A stretch of DNA of 64,000 nucleotides from Deltaproteobacteria bacterium (GTDB lineage Bacteria; UBA10199; 2-02-FULL-50-16; JAJFLM01): positions 34,941 through 98,940 of the forward strand of contig JAJFLM010000335.1 of NCBI GenBank assembly GCA_021772655.1, given 5' to 3'. The number at the start of each line of letters is the position of its first letter. Within the stretch, counting starts at the first letter, position 1. Positions 52,350 through 61,974 of the stretch are shown here, one piece after another. The notes under the pieces are model-generated. The model did not search any database and was not told where the DNA came from. It saw only the letters and a program-made list of their open reading frames with translations. Made by a program: the position numbers and the translations under genes.

Positions 52350-54543
52350 ACCAAGACCAAAATTAGGAAGACCTAAAAAGAAAATCACCAAGTCAGAAAG
52401 AGAATTCGCTGACTTTATGGTAGATCAGAACGTTGGTTGTATCGAGGCGGCACGAAAAGTATTCAAGTGGAAGTGTGAGCCAAATAGTAAGCAAGCCCTT
52501 AAAGCCGTAGAACTAACTCGTGCCCCTCGTATCAAAGCCTATATAGAAAGTAGAAGAGTTAAAGTAACCCAGGAAGCTGAGGCTACTGGGATGCTGGCTG
52601 ATATTGATATCCTAGATATGGATAACTTTCGTAAGTTTTTTTACGAAAGACTTCGAACTATTAGGGACGATCCTGATGTAGGGGCTCAAGCCAGATATCA
52701 GGCTATCATGACTCTTAAGAAGATGGCAGATCCTTCTTCTGACTATAATCTAATCATGATGTATGTTGATCTCATTTGGAGAGGCACAACTGTCCATTGT
52801 CCTAACTGTCACAATACTTTTCCTTTATGGAAAATTGAAAATGAATCTCTTGAAGCTTGGCATAAAGAAGAAGAGATTACTCCTATTGATAAAGTAGAAT
52901 CTCTTCTTGATAGAAGAATGGAGATTCTCCACCGGGCGGACAATCGTAAGCGCCCTCACGCCAGTCAGATAATAGCCCTTGAGGCTCCCGAACGACATAT
53001 AGCTGGATTGGCTGGTGCTCGTGCTGGCAAGTCTTGGTTGTTAGCTTGTCTAGCTTTAATCCATTTCCTGATTCCAGGAGTGGAGATTTGGATCCTAGCG
53101 CGTATTTATGAAGACGCTAAGTCGGAGGTAGAGTTTCTAAGGAACTTCATCAAGACCTTATTCTACCCACACTCCCGACACCTTGTATCAGAACACTATG
53201 ACTCCCGAACCGGTGAATTAACTATTTCATCGAAATGGGGATCTCTGCTTAAAGTTAGATCCGCCAAGGCTAAAGGATCTATTACCGGTAGAGAGTTAGA
53301 GTTAGCTCTAGTAGCTGAGCCTGGGTGGGTACCTGAGGATCTGTATGAAGAGCTTCGAGCGCGTATGACTTCTCGTCTAGGACGTATCATTCTATTAGGT
53401 ACTCCTAAGGGATATACAGGTATCCTTGGGCGTATGGTTAATATGATGGGTAGAGACGAACACGGTAGAATGGTACGTATTCCAAAAGAACAACGTACTA
53501 TAGCTGCTGGAATGCCTTGGTCAAGATCCATGCTTGTCTATAATCTAAAAGTAGAAGATAACCCGGAATATGTAAAGTCGGAGCGAGATGCCGCTAGATA
53601 CGAGCTTACTGAATCAGAATATGCATCGGAGTTTGAAGGTGCAATGACTTCTGAGGAGGGAGCTAAATTCCCTCTTCTAGAACAAAGACACTTAATAAAA
53701 GTAGATCTATCCGATTATTTTAATTGTGTTTTCGTTTTGGGTATAGATCAGGGAGCTAAGAATTTTGCTGCTTGCCTCCTTGCGTTCGATGGGAAACGGG
53801 TGTACGTTGTCCGAGAGTATTTCTTCTGCGACAACAATACTATGTTGTATCATATTAAAGAACTACAAAGATTAGTTCCATTATGGATTAGACAAGTTGG
53901 TGGTAATAAGAATAATTGGCAATTAACTATCTTTGATGCAGATCCTCTGGTATTTAGTGAGCTTCAAGAATTAGAAGATGACCCCAAGAATAAACCATGG
54001 GCTACTCCAGTTACTTTCAGACCTAAAGGTAAGGGAGGTAAAAATTCTTCTGCTGCTACTTGGAGACCTAGAACTTATGAATATGTAAATAATCTGTGTT
54101 CTGCCAAGACGGCTCAACTTATTTTTGATGAAAACGGAGAAGATGTTTATCTTCTACACGATCAGCTTATTCGGGCTCAAAATGTTACAGTAGATAGATC
54201 TAAAGACTCAGATCCTAATAAATCTAAAGGATGGGTTATCTCTAAGATGATGGATCGTGCTGACCACGTATGTGATGCTTTTATCATGGCTATGTGGACT
54301 ATTCTTAATGGAGAGTTACAATTAACAGATGAGTCTGGAACTCCTCCCAATAATGTGTGGGAAGAACATACTAATATGTTTAATTATAATATAATGGTTA
54401 GTGAAAGAAACGAACTACAAGGGTACTTACCTAAAGATGAGCGTATGTCAGAGAATGACATGTTCAAGAAAAACTTTGGAAGAAAACGTGCCTCCTCTTG
54501 GACTATAGGAGGAGCCCCGGGATATTATAAGGACGAATCGTGA
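52336..54543 (+). CDS. terL: terminase large subunit with an N-terminal small-terminase-like extension
   Basis: Residues ~1-140 (GRPKKKITKSEREFADFMVDQNVGCIEAARK...RIKAYIESRR) look like a Terminase_2/P27-type TerS HTH domain. Then CPNCHN, Walker A LAGARAGKSW, and a C-terminal RNase H-like nuclease region. Confidence 0.8.
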   Translation: MPSGKPRPKLGRPKKKITKSEREFADFMVDQNVGCIEAARKVFKWKCEPNSKQALKAVELTRAPRIKAYIESRRVKVTQEAEATGMLADIDILDMDNFRKFFYERLRTIRDDPDVGAQARYQAIMTLKKMADPSSDYNLIMMYVDLIWRGTTVHCPNCHNTFPLWKIENESLEAWHKEEEITPIDKVESLLDRRMEILHRADNRKRPHASQIIALEAPERHIAGLAGARAGKSWLLACLALIHFLIPGVEIWILARIYEDAKSEVEFLRNFIKTLFYPHSRHLVSEHYDSRTGELTISSKWGSLLKVRSAKAKGSITGRELELALVAEPGWVPEDLYEELRARMTSRLGRIILLGTPKGYTGILGRMVNMMGRDEHGRMVRIPKEQRTIAAGMPWSRSMLVYNLKVEDNPEYVKSERDAARYELTESEYASEFEGAMTSEEGAKFPLLEQRHLIKVDLSDYFNCVFVLGIDQGAKNFAACLLAFDGKRVYVVREYFFCDNNTMLYHIKELQRLVPLWIRQVGGNKNNWQLTIFDADPLVFSELQELEDDPKNKPWATPVTFRPKGKGGKNSSAATWRPRTYEYVNNLCSAKTAQLIFDENGEDVYLLHDQLIRAQNVTVDRSKDSDPNKSKGWVISKMMDRADHVCDAFIMAMWTILNGELQLTDESGTPPNNVWEEHTNMFNYNIMVSERNELQGYLPKDERMSENDMFKKNFGRKRASSWTIGGAPGYYKDES

Positions 54544-55331
54544 GTCTACCTCCTCTGGAGTCTATACCTAAATTTTTAACTTTTGTATGTTGTGGTCAAA
54601 GTGGTCATACTATTTTAGCTGCCATTCTTGACTCTCATCCTAATGTGATTATTGGAGAAGAGAAAAAAGCTATATGGCGACGCCGCTCAAAAGAAGACCT
54701 ATATAGAGTTTTATTTGAAGACTCTCAAGGTAGAGCTAAAAGCACTAAATCCTATAGATCTAAAGTAGGATCTTTCCCCAATTTGTATCAAGGTAGATAT
54801 ATTAGCCATTTAGATGTTATAGGAGATAAATGCGGTTGGGATGTTATAGGCCCTCAATTAGATAAAGAAAACCCTACCGACAGAAGAATAAAACAATTTC
54901 TTAGTAGGATACATCCAGCTGAACATAAATACATACATGCGCTAAGAAATCCTTTTGATATTATATCTAATTGGAATTCTAATAAAGCAGGGAGAAAACA
55001 CTCTGGTCATAAAGGACCGGATAATATTCTTAAAGCTATAGATCTTTATGAAAAATATGCTAGAACCATTCAGAAAGTATATTATGACAACGGATACAAT
55101 CCTTATCAAATAAGAAACGAAGACCTATGTTTGGATCCAGAGTTTATAATAGAATCTCTTTGTGATTATTTGGAAATTCCCTGTCCAGAAGATTGGCTAA
55201 AGATTTGCGTGGAAGCTATAAATCCTGTACACCGCCGAGTCTCTGAAGGTTTTTGGACAAAAGAGAGTATAAACAAGGTAGAGGAAATCATCGATACTTA
55301 TGATTTTCTTGGAGGGTATAAATATGAATGA
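54540..55331 (+). CDS. sulfotransferase-like protein
   Basis: FVCCGQSGHTILAAILDSHPNV resembles the 5'-PSB loop of sulfotransferases. 263 aa. Confidence 0.5.
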   Translation: MSLPPLESIPKFLTFVCCGQSGHTILAAILDSHPNVIIGEEKKAIWRRRSKEDLYRVLFEDSQGRAKSTKSYRSKVGSFPNLYQGRYISHLDVIGDKCGWDVIGPQLDKENPTDRRIKQFLSRIHPAEHKYIHALRNPFDIISNWNSNKAGRKHSGHKGPDNILKAIDLYEKYARTIQKVYYDNGYNPYQIRNEDLCLDPEFIIESLCDYLEIPCPEDWLKICVEAINPVHRRVSEGFWTKESINKVEEIIDTYDFLGGYKYE

Positions 55332-56139
55332 GACGCTAGAAGGTGAAGGTTACTATTATATAGTATATGGGCACGGTAAGAACTTCAGAGAAGTAACCTT
55401 ATCTATCTCTAGTCTAAAGAAAGTAAGTCCAAAAGCTAAGGTAACAGTAATCTCTTCTCGTCCTTCTCCTGGATTGGATGAGTTGTGTGATAGAGTTATT
55501 GTAGATAGAGATTTAGATTTTAAGCGGACTACTATAGGAAAAGATAAAGTTCGAGGTTTACAAGGTAAAACCATGTGGATGAAGAATTTTATTCCATATG
55601 AAAGGACTTGTTTTGTAGATGGAGATACATATTGGTGTGAGTCGATTAGCTCAATATTTAGGCATCTTGATCATTATGATGTACTTGCTGCTCCTGATCC
55701 TGGGGAGATAGAGATCAAGGAAGTTGATCCGCCCCATGATACTCTAGAAGGAATTATTCCTCCTAACCTTGGATTAGTATTATATAAAGCTACAACTCAG
55801 ATAAACGCTTTGTGGGATAATGTTTATGATCAACAACAAAATCTACCTACAGATGTTTATTTTCCTGAATACCATGGACAACCTAACTCTGCTTCCGATC
55901 AACCTTATTTTGCCGGTCATTTAATGAAAAGTAGACTTCGATATTATCCTCTTCCAAGCGTATATAATTTTCAATGGAGAAAGTGGCAGACCGTACAGGG
56001 AACGGTTAAGATGATCCATGGTCGAGGGAAAGATTATGAAGAACTTAAAGGAAAAATAAATCAAAATTCTCAGGCTTATAATAGAATATGGAATCCAGTT
56101 AAACAAGAAATATTACTAAGCAAAGGATTTATAATATGA
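55324..56139 (+). CDS. nucleotide-diphospho-sugar glycosyltransferase (GT8-like)
   Basis: The start at 55324 follows GGAGGG. DxD context CFVDGDTYW. Confidence 0.55.
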   Translation: MNETLEGEGYYYIVYGHGKNFREVTLSISSLKKVSPKAKVTVISSRPSPGLDELCDRVIVDRDLDFKRTTIGKDKVRGLQGKTMWMKNFIPYERTCFVDGDTYWCESISSIFRHLDHYDVLAAPDPGEIEIKEVDPPHDTLEGIIPPNLGLVLYKATTQINALWDNVYDQQQNLPTDVYFPEYHGQPNSASDQPYFAGHLMKSRLRYYPLPSVYNFQWRKWQTVQGTVKMIHGRGKDYEELKGKINQNSQAYNRIWNPVKQEILLSKGFII

Positions 56140-56741
56140 TTATTTCTTTTAAAAAAGTAATGTCAAGACTAGAGCATCCTATCACTGGAATTATTCATAT
56201 TGGAGCTAATGATAAGAAAGAAGAAAAAATATATAAACAAGAGGGCATTGAAGATATTATTTGGGTTGATGCTAACCCAGAGTGTGAAGGGGTAATTAAT
56301 GAGTTGGTGTGGAGTAGTAGTTATACTATGCCTTTCTATTTAACTAATAGAAGGATGTGTTCTTCGGCCTTCGAATTAGAAAAACATCTAGTACTCTTTC
56401 CTACAATTGAAGTAGAAAAAGAAATAGAACTAACTTCTATAACTCTTCCTTCTCTTATTAAAAAATATAATATCGATATTACTAAATATAATTTTTTGAA
56501 CATGGATGTTCAAGGAGCAGAATGGGAAATTTTATTTGGAGCCGGAGATTTTCTTAATAATTTTCAAGCGGTATATTGTGAGTTTTCCACTGATTCAGTT
56601 TTTAAATATAATCCTAATGATTTAGATGATTTAGATGATATATTAAAATCTAATGGTTTTGTAAGAGTTTTAACTAAATGTTTTGGAAATCATCCATGGG
56701 GAGATGCTTTATATGTCAATAAGACATATACTTCTAACTAG
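56136..56741 (+). CDS. FkbM-family methyltransferase
   Basis: NFLNMDVQGAEWEILFGAGDFL is typical of the FkbM/Methyltransf_21 family. Confidence 0.65.
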   Translation: MIISFKKVMSRLEHPITGIIHIGANDKKEEKIYKQEGIEDIIWVDANPECEGVINELVWSSSYTMPFYLTNRRMCSSAFELEKHLVLFPTIEVEKEIELTSITLPSLIKKYNIDITKYNFLNMDVQGAEWEILFGAGDFLNNFQAVYCEFSTDSVFKYNPNDLDDLDDILKSNGFVRVLTKCFGNHPWGDALYVNKTYTSN

Positions 56742-57393
56742 GTTTGCTCTTCTTCACCCACAAAGCTCTGAAGAGTGGTTAGAACATAGAATAGAACTAT
56801 TTGAAAAATATACCCTACCTTCAGTAGAGAAACAGACTTGTAAGAATTTTGAATGGTATCTAATAGCGAATCCTAACTTTCCTGGTATTAAAAAATTTAG
56901 GATTGATAAATATGCTAGAGTTTTATGGGAAGATTGGAAATGGGATGAAGATCAAGATAATATAGGAAAACTTTTTAGAAGCGGGTGGCCTTGGATTCGG
57001 GGTCGTGAGATAGGGCGTCCTTGGTTAATTAGCTCTCGCTTAGATAGTGATGATATATTAGCTGAAGATTTCATAGAAAGAATCCAGAACACTGCTGAAG
57101 AAAAAGAAGAATGGCTTAGTATCCCTCGTGGTTATATGGTGAAAGGAGACAAAGCTTATCCCAGGTACTATGAAAAATCTCCGTTTGTTTCTTTTGTGGA
57201 AAAAAGACATACTCCTAAAACTGTGCTACACACTCCTCACACCAAAGCCGATTCGGTGAGAATCATAGATGACAAGCCTGGGTGGATTCAGTTAGACCAT
57301 GGTAAAAATATAAAGAACTCCGTAGAGAGAGCTAAGTTAGTTCGCTACATAAATGTTAATCAAATTGAAGGAAAGTTTAGTGCGTATCCATGA
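56713..57393 (+). CDS. glycosyltransferase (rhamnosyltransferase-like family)
   Basis: ILLTRFAL....WLEHRIELFEKYTLPSVEKQTCKNFEWYL and SSRLDSDDIL match the putative rhamnosyl transferase-type family, recalled from memory. Confidence 0.55.
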   Translation: MSIRHILLTRFALLHPQSSEEWLEHRIELFEKYTLPSVEKQTCKNFEWYLIANPNFPGIKKFRIDKYARVLWEDWKWDEDQDNIGKLFRSGWPWIRGREIGRPWLISSRLDSDDILAEDFIERIQNTAEEKEEWLSIPRGYMVKGDKAYPRYYEKSPFVSFVEKRHTPKTVLHTPHTKADSVRIIDDKPGWIQLDHGKNIKNSVERAKLVRYINVNQIEGKFSAYP

Positions 57394-58210
57394 AGTAATA
57401 TATTTTACTCACGAACTAGATATGCTAGAGGCTCATCTTGAGGAGCACGCTAATTTTGTAGATAAGTTCTACATTAAAGAATCTCCTGTACTGTGGACTG
57501 GAGTAGAAAAACCTCTTATCTTTTCTGATAATTTAGATAGATTTAGTCGGTTTAATGTAGAACCTATGCTTATACCTAAGGAGGAATTTAACTGTGAAAT
57601 CCCAGCTACATTCCCTGAAGAAGAACATAAGAAATGGTTTGATGTACGTAGATCCAATCGCCAGCGCAGTCGTACTTATCGTTGGGATGATATTACTAGT
57701 GGTAGCGACTATACCTTATCTACCGATGCCGATGAAATTATTGATAGTCGTCGTGCTAAAGGGTTATTAGATTTACTTCCTAGTAGAGAGTATGAACATA
57801 TTGCAATTAAACTAACTCAATCTCAGTTTTGGGTTAATGCATTGGGAAAAAAGCTTGCCATTTACAGAGTATTCCGATCAGATGTACCTAATCGGTCACA
57901 AGTAAAAGGATTCCCTAGAACAACTACTCCTTTAATCGGATGGCATTTTACTAACTGTTATGACCCAGAAGGGATTAGAACTAAAACCATGGGCATTACC
58001 ACTCACTATGGTATATGTGGAGTGGAACAAGTTCCTAACGTAGAAAATATAGCTAAGTCTCTAGAGGAAAATAAGAATCCGTTTAGAAGACGTTGGGCCG
58101 GCGGTAAATTAGTTAAAGATGTAGAAGAGATAGATAAAGGTAAAAAAGAAGGATTGGATTGGGCTCCTAAATTTATGAGAGAGAACCCAGAGTTATTTCC
58201 ATGGAAATGA
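57353..58210 (+). CDS. glycosyltransferase family 17-like protein
   Basis: VIYFTHELDMLEAHLEEHANFVDKFYIKES resembles the GT17 N-terminal signature. The start is uncertain; GTG at 57380 is an alternative. Confidence 0.55.
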   Translation: MLIKLKESLVRIHEVIYFTHELDMLEAHLEEHANFVDKFYIKESPVLWTGVEKPLIFSDNLDRFSRFNVEPMLIPKEEFNCEIPATFPEEEHKKWFDVRRSNRQRSRTYRWDDITSGSDYTLSTDADEIIDSRRAKGLLDLLPSREYEHIAIKLTQSQFWVNALGKKLAIYRVFRSDVPNRSQVKGFPRTTTPLIGWHFTNCYDPEGIRTKTMGITTHYGICGVEQVPNVENIAKSLEENKNPFRRRWAGGKLVKDVEEIDKGKKEGLDWAPKFMRENPELFPWK

Positions 58211-58773
58211 AACACCCAGAGAAAATTCTTATAACTGGTATGATGCATACCGGTAGTACTTTATTAGTTCGTATATTAGAAGAGTTGGGGTATGATATAG
58301 GAGGAGAGACTGAGTGGCTTAACCCAAGAGAAAACAGATCTCTGTTAGCTAGATCTAGAGAGGCGGGATATGATCCCTCTCCACAGGTAATTAAATATCC
58401 ACATCAACTAAAGAAGAAAGGAATTAGGAGTCTTATTCATTTTGCACAAAATAATGAGTGGAGAATTAGAGGGTTAATAATTACTACTAGAAGATTTCCT
58501 GATTTGGTTAAAGCTACATACCACCCTAAATATCACAAGAGTTCTCAAGACTGTGAGAAATTAATCTTGGCTAGACAGGGAGATCTTATGCAAAGTATTG
58601 CAGATAGTGACTATGCTTGTGGCCCTGTAGTATTTTTAAACTTTCCAAGATATACTAGAGATCCCGATTATTTCTATGGAAGAATGCGTCCGGTATTAGA
58701 TTTTCTAGATATAGAAACAATTCACAATGTTTTAAAAAAACACGTTGATGCTAGTAAGGTTCACTATGGATAA
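58201..58773 (+). CDS. second sulfotransferase-like P-loop protein
   Basis: ITGMMHTGSTLLVRILEELGY is a PSB-like loop. 190 aa. Confidence 0.45.
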   Translation: MEMKHPEKILITGMMHTGSTLLVRILEELGYDIGGETEWLNPRENRSLLARSREAGYDPSPQVIKYPHQLKKKGIRSLIHFAQNNEWRIRGLIITTRRFPDLVKATYHPKYHKSSQDCEKLILARQGDLMQSIADSDYACGPVVFLNFPRYTRDPDYFYGRMRPVLDFLDIETIHNVLKKHVDASKVHYG

Positions 58774-59479
58774 ACTCAGTGTAATCTACCCATATTTTCA
58801 CAGTGAGAGAATGTTAAGTATTCATTTAAATACTTGGGATTCATACCCGGATTATATTAAAGAAAAGATTAATTTCATTGTAATAGATGACTGTTCTGAT
58901 CCTCCAATGCACATCCCAGAAATGAATTTAAATTTGAAAGGGTTTCGAATCTTAGATAATATTAAGTGGAATCAGCCTGGAGTTAGAAACTTAGGAGCTA
59001 CAGTAGCTGAAACAGATTGGCTTCTTTTTGCTGATACAGATATGGTTATTTCTGCTGATATTATGGTTCAGGTGTTCGAGCGAGAATTTGATCCAGAGAA
59101 GCTATATAACTTTCAGCGAAAGAGAATGTCTAACCCTAACGTAATTCACCACAAAATTCATAAGTGTACTGCTATCATGACAAAAAATCTTTTCTGGAAT
59201 ATAGGTTTAGGGTATGATGAAGATTTTTGCGGAGAGTATGGGTTTGATGATAGCTTCTTCTTTTCTTTTTTTGAAAAAGAACGTTGGGTTACCATGGAAG
59301 GACTTGTAGTCACGGAGTATGATAAAGAGTTTCTTGAGGATGATGGGACTCCGTTAGTTAGGAATCCGGGTCCTAATAAAAAATTGTTTAGAGAGAAGCG
59401 GAAAGATAAATATACTAATCACAGCCGAGATTATATAAGATTCTCCTATATGAAAGTTTATGATTATTTATACAGCTAA
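58766..59479 (+). CDS. family 2 glycosyltransferase
   Basis: VIYPYF...FIVIDDCSDPP...FADTDM. The ATG at 58766 overlaps the previous stop (ATGGATAA). Confidence 0.7.
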   Translation: MDKLSVIYPYFHSERMLSIHLNTWDSYPDYIKEKINFIVIDDCSDPPMHIPEMNLNLKGFRILDNIKWNQPGVRNLGATVAETDWLLFADTDMVISADIMVQVFEREFDPEKLYNFQRKRMSNPNVIHHKIHKCTAIMTKNLFWNIGLGYDEDFCGEYGFDDSFFFSFFEKERWVTMEGLVVTEYDKEFLEDDGTPLVRNPGPNKKLFREKRKDKYTNHSRDYIRFSYMKVYDYLYS

Positions 59480-60110
59480 TTTCGGTAGGAAAGATAAATA
59501 TGAAGAACCATGGTGTGGAAAACTTCCTGGGTATGAATTTCATTATTTCACCGATGATCCCAAAAAACGGAATGGTGATATCTGGGATATCCAACATGAA
59601 AAACCCCGATTACCTGGGGACACTAGAATGTCCGCTAAGTGGTACAAGATGCACCCTCACTTACTCTTTCCAGGCGAAAGAACTATTTGGATTGACTCTA
59701 ATTACTCTGTCACAAAAAACCCTGATCCCCTCTTAGAGGATAAAGAATTAATTTGTTATGAACATGCTTTGAGAGATTGCGTGTGGGATGAATTAGATCA
59801 ATGTATAAAGAAAAAAGCAGATAAAGAAGAGCGTTTAAATAAATTTAAAAATATGCTTGTTAATAAAAACTTTCCTAGAAACAAAGGATTGTATCAAGGA
59901 AACGTCTTAATAAGAGAAGATACCGCGGCAGTAAGAAATTTTGATAGAGAATGGTGGGATCTTATTCATGTTTATACATCACGAGATCAGCTCACTCTTC
60001 CTTTAATTATAGAGAATTTAAAATATATTTCTTTACCTCATGAGGCTAAAAGAAATTATTTTTTTAAAATAGGGAAGCATTTATTTCATGGGAGTAGAAA
60101 TGGAAATTGA
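59460..60110 (+). CDS. DUF616-type glycosyltransferase-like protein
   Basis: MIIYTANFGRKDKYEEP start typical of DUF616. Confidence 0.55.
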   Translation: MIIYTANFGRKDKYEEPWCGKLPGYEFHYFTDDPKKRNGDIWDIQHEKPRLPGDTRMSAKWYKMHPHLLFPGERTIWIDSNYSVTKNPDPLLEDKELICYEHALRDCVWDELDQCIKKKADKEERLNKFKNMLVNKNFPRNKGLYQGNVLIREDTAAVRNFDREWWDLIHVYTSRDQLTLPLIIENLKYISLPHEAKRNYFFKIGKHLFHGSRNGN

Positions 60111-60690
60111 AAACTTAGATGATCTTTGTAATGCAGTTACAGAGATAAAAAGAGACAAGGAAAACAGAAGAGACTATGGCGTAGCTAAATGGTCTCATCG
60201 AAATGATTATCCTGTTTTCTATACTTTAGCTAAAGCTTATAATGTTGATAACGTTTTTGAATGTGGTACTAATGGAGGAATGTCCGCCTGTGCCTGGGCC
60301 TTAGCATTGAGAGAAATGAAGAAGCTGGGAAACGTATATACCTGGGATGTACAAGAATTACGTCAAGTACACCATGGTATGGAGATTTCTCATAAAATAG
60401 TACGTCATGTAGAATCTTTCCATCCTACTGCTGGAGATGTTATTAGGAGAGTTCGTAGGGTTCATTCAGGTCCCGCTCTGTTTTTTGTAGATGGCGATCA
60501 TTCTGAGAAAGGATGTAGAGCAGATTGGGTTACTATACTTCCTCATGTTCGCCCCGGTGACGCAGTAGTTTTTCATGACTATGCTGGTGCTACAGGAGTT
60601 AAGAAGATAGCGGATGAACTTACAGAGAGTTTTAATAAATACGGATATGAGATAACAACTAATACTGGAATTTATATACTGGAGTGGTAA
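60100..60690 (+). CDS. class I SAM-dependent methyltransferase (CmcI/Methyltransf_24-like)
   Basis: FECGTNGGMSA and FFVDGDHSEKGCRADW. Confidence 0.55.
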   Translation: MEIENLDDLCNAVTEIKRDKENRRDYGVAKWSHRNDYPVFYTLAKAYNVDNVFECGTNGGMSACAWALALREMKKLGNVYTWDVQELRQVHHGMEISHKIVRHVESFHPTAGDVIRRVRRVHSGPALFFVDGDHSEKGCRADWVTILPHVRPGDAVVFHDYAGATGVKKIADELTESFNKYGYEITTNTGIYILEW

Positions 60691-60691
60691 A

Positions 60692-61135
60692 ATGGATTGG
60701 GATGATTATTTTATTGAGGGAGTTCATTGGGTAGCTAAGAAGTCTAAGGATACTAGCACTAAAGTAGGTTGCATTATAGTATCGGCTTCTAATGAAATAC
60801 TATCTACCGGATACAATGGAATACCAAGAGGTATCTCAGATGACAGACCGGAACGCCATGAGCGTCCCGAGAAATATGAATGGTTTGAACATGCAGAGAG
60901 GAATGCCGTATATAACGCAGCTAGAAATGGGGTAATGCTTCTAGATAGTACCTGTTATATTACACATCCTCCATGTGTAGACTGTGCTAGAGGTTTAATT
61001 CAAGCAGGAATTACTTGTGTGATTTGGCCTACAGATAATAAATTTGAGAACAGTGAGGAAGGAAACCGATGGCCTGGAATAATAAAAGCCGAAGCAATGA
61101 TGCAAGAAGCTGGTATAGAAATTGTAAGAGTCTAA
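60692..61135 (+). CDS. dCMP deaminase
   Basis: HAERNA ... PCVDCA zinc-binding motifs of the cytidine/deoxycytidylate deaminase family. 147 aa. Confidence 0.85.
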   Translation: MDWDDYFIEGVHWVAKKSKDTSTKVGCIIVSASNEILSTGYNGIPRGISDDRPERHERPEKYEWFEHAERNAVYNAARNGVMLLDSTCYITHPPCVDCARGLIQAGITCVIWPTDNKFENSEEGNRWPGIIKAEAMMQEAGIEIVRV

Positions 61136-61785
61136 TATTAGCTCTTCTACTAGGGTGTGCAACTCCGCTTCCTATAGAGGCTCTTACTTTATGTGTAGCT
61201 GGAGACTCTCTGGCTTATCCTGGACCTTCAGGAAGCTGGGGTAATCGACTACCTTCCGAATATGTAGTTGATTTTAGGGGAACACCGGGAGCCACCACAG
61301 ATAATTGGGTAGGTCCTGGGCATGGACAACCCGAGGGATTTGCTTGGCCTAGGGTACAGCAATGCTTTAATCAGGGAGCAACACACATTTCCTTTAATTT
61401 AGGTTCTAATGATCGTTCTCCTGCATGGCAAATTACACCTTTCAATCAATTCCTAAAGATGCTAACTATAACTCAAGACGCTCTTACTATAGGATATCAT
61501 CAAGTCTTCCTATTTCAGATTGATCCTTATGGAGACTTCACTCAGATTATTTGTGATGAAGTAGAGGGTGCTACTTGTATCGACCAGCGCGGACTACTTC
61601 CTAATACAACTGAATACTATGTTGATATAAACCCTGACGGGTTGGGAGTACATCCTAATCTACTAGGACAGACAATTCTAGCTGATGAGGTAGTACGTTT
61701 GACTATAACACCAGAGTCTTCTACCATTGTTATGTTAGGCTTCGGTATGGGGATGATGGCTTTAATAGGAAGAAAACGTGGCTGA
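61069..61785 (+). CDS. SGNH/GDSL hydrolase with a lipoprotein-type signal and a PEP-CTERM-like C-terminal anchor
   Basis: LILALLLGC lipobox. GDSLAY block I and DGLGVHPN block V. C-terminus TPESSTIVMLGFGMGMMALIGRKRG. Confidence 0.65.
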   Translation: MAWNNKSRSNDARSWYRNCKSLILALLLGCATPLPIEALTLCVAGDSLAYPGPSGSWGNRLPSEYVVDFRGTPGATTDNWVGPGHGQPEGFAWPRVQQCFNQGATHISFNLGSNDRSPAWQITPFNQFLKMLTITQDALTIGYHQVFLFQIDPYGDFTQIICDEVEGATCIDQRGLLPNTTEYYVDINPDGLGVHPNLLGQTILADEVVRLTITPESSTIVMLGFGMGMMALIGRKRG

Positions 61786-61966
61786 ACCTTCCATCACTCA
61801 ACAACAAATAGATACTCTTAATAATCTATATACTACTGAACCGATTCTAGCGGTCTTTAATAAAAAAGCAGGGCATATAGGTCTAGGAGACTTAGTAGTT
61901 CTTCTAAATCAAAACGACGAAAATCTACAAGAGGAAGCACAAAGGTATGCTTTCATGCTATCATAA
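61778..61966 (+). CDS. hypothetical protein
   Basis: 62-aa ORF with a GTG start. Confidence 0.45.
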   Translation: MAEPSITQQQIDTLNNLYTTEPILAVFNKKAGHIGLGDLVVLLNQNDENLQEEAQRYAFMLS

Positions 61967-61974
61967 GGTGAAAC

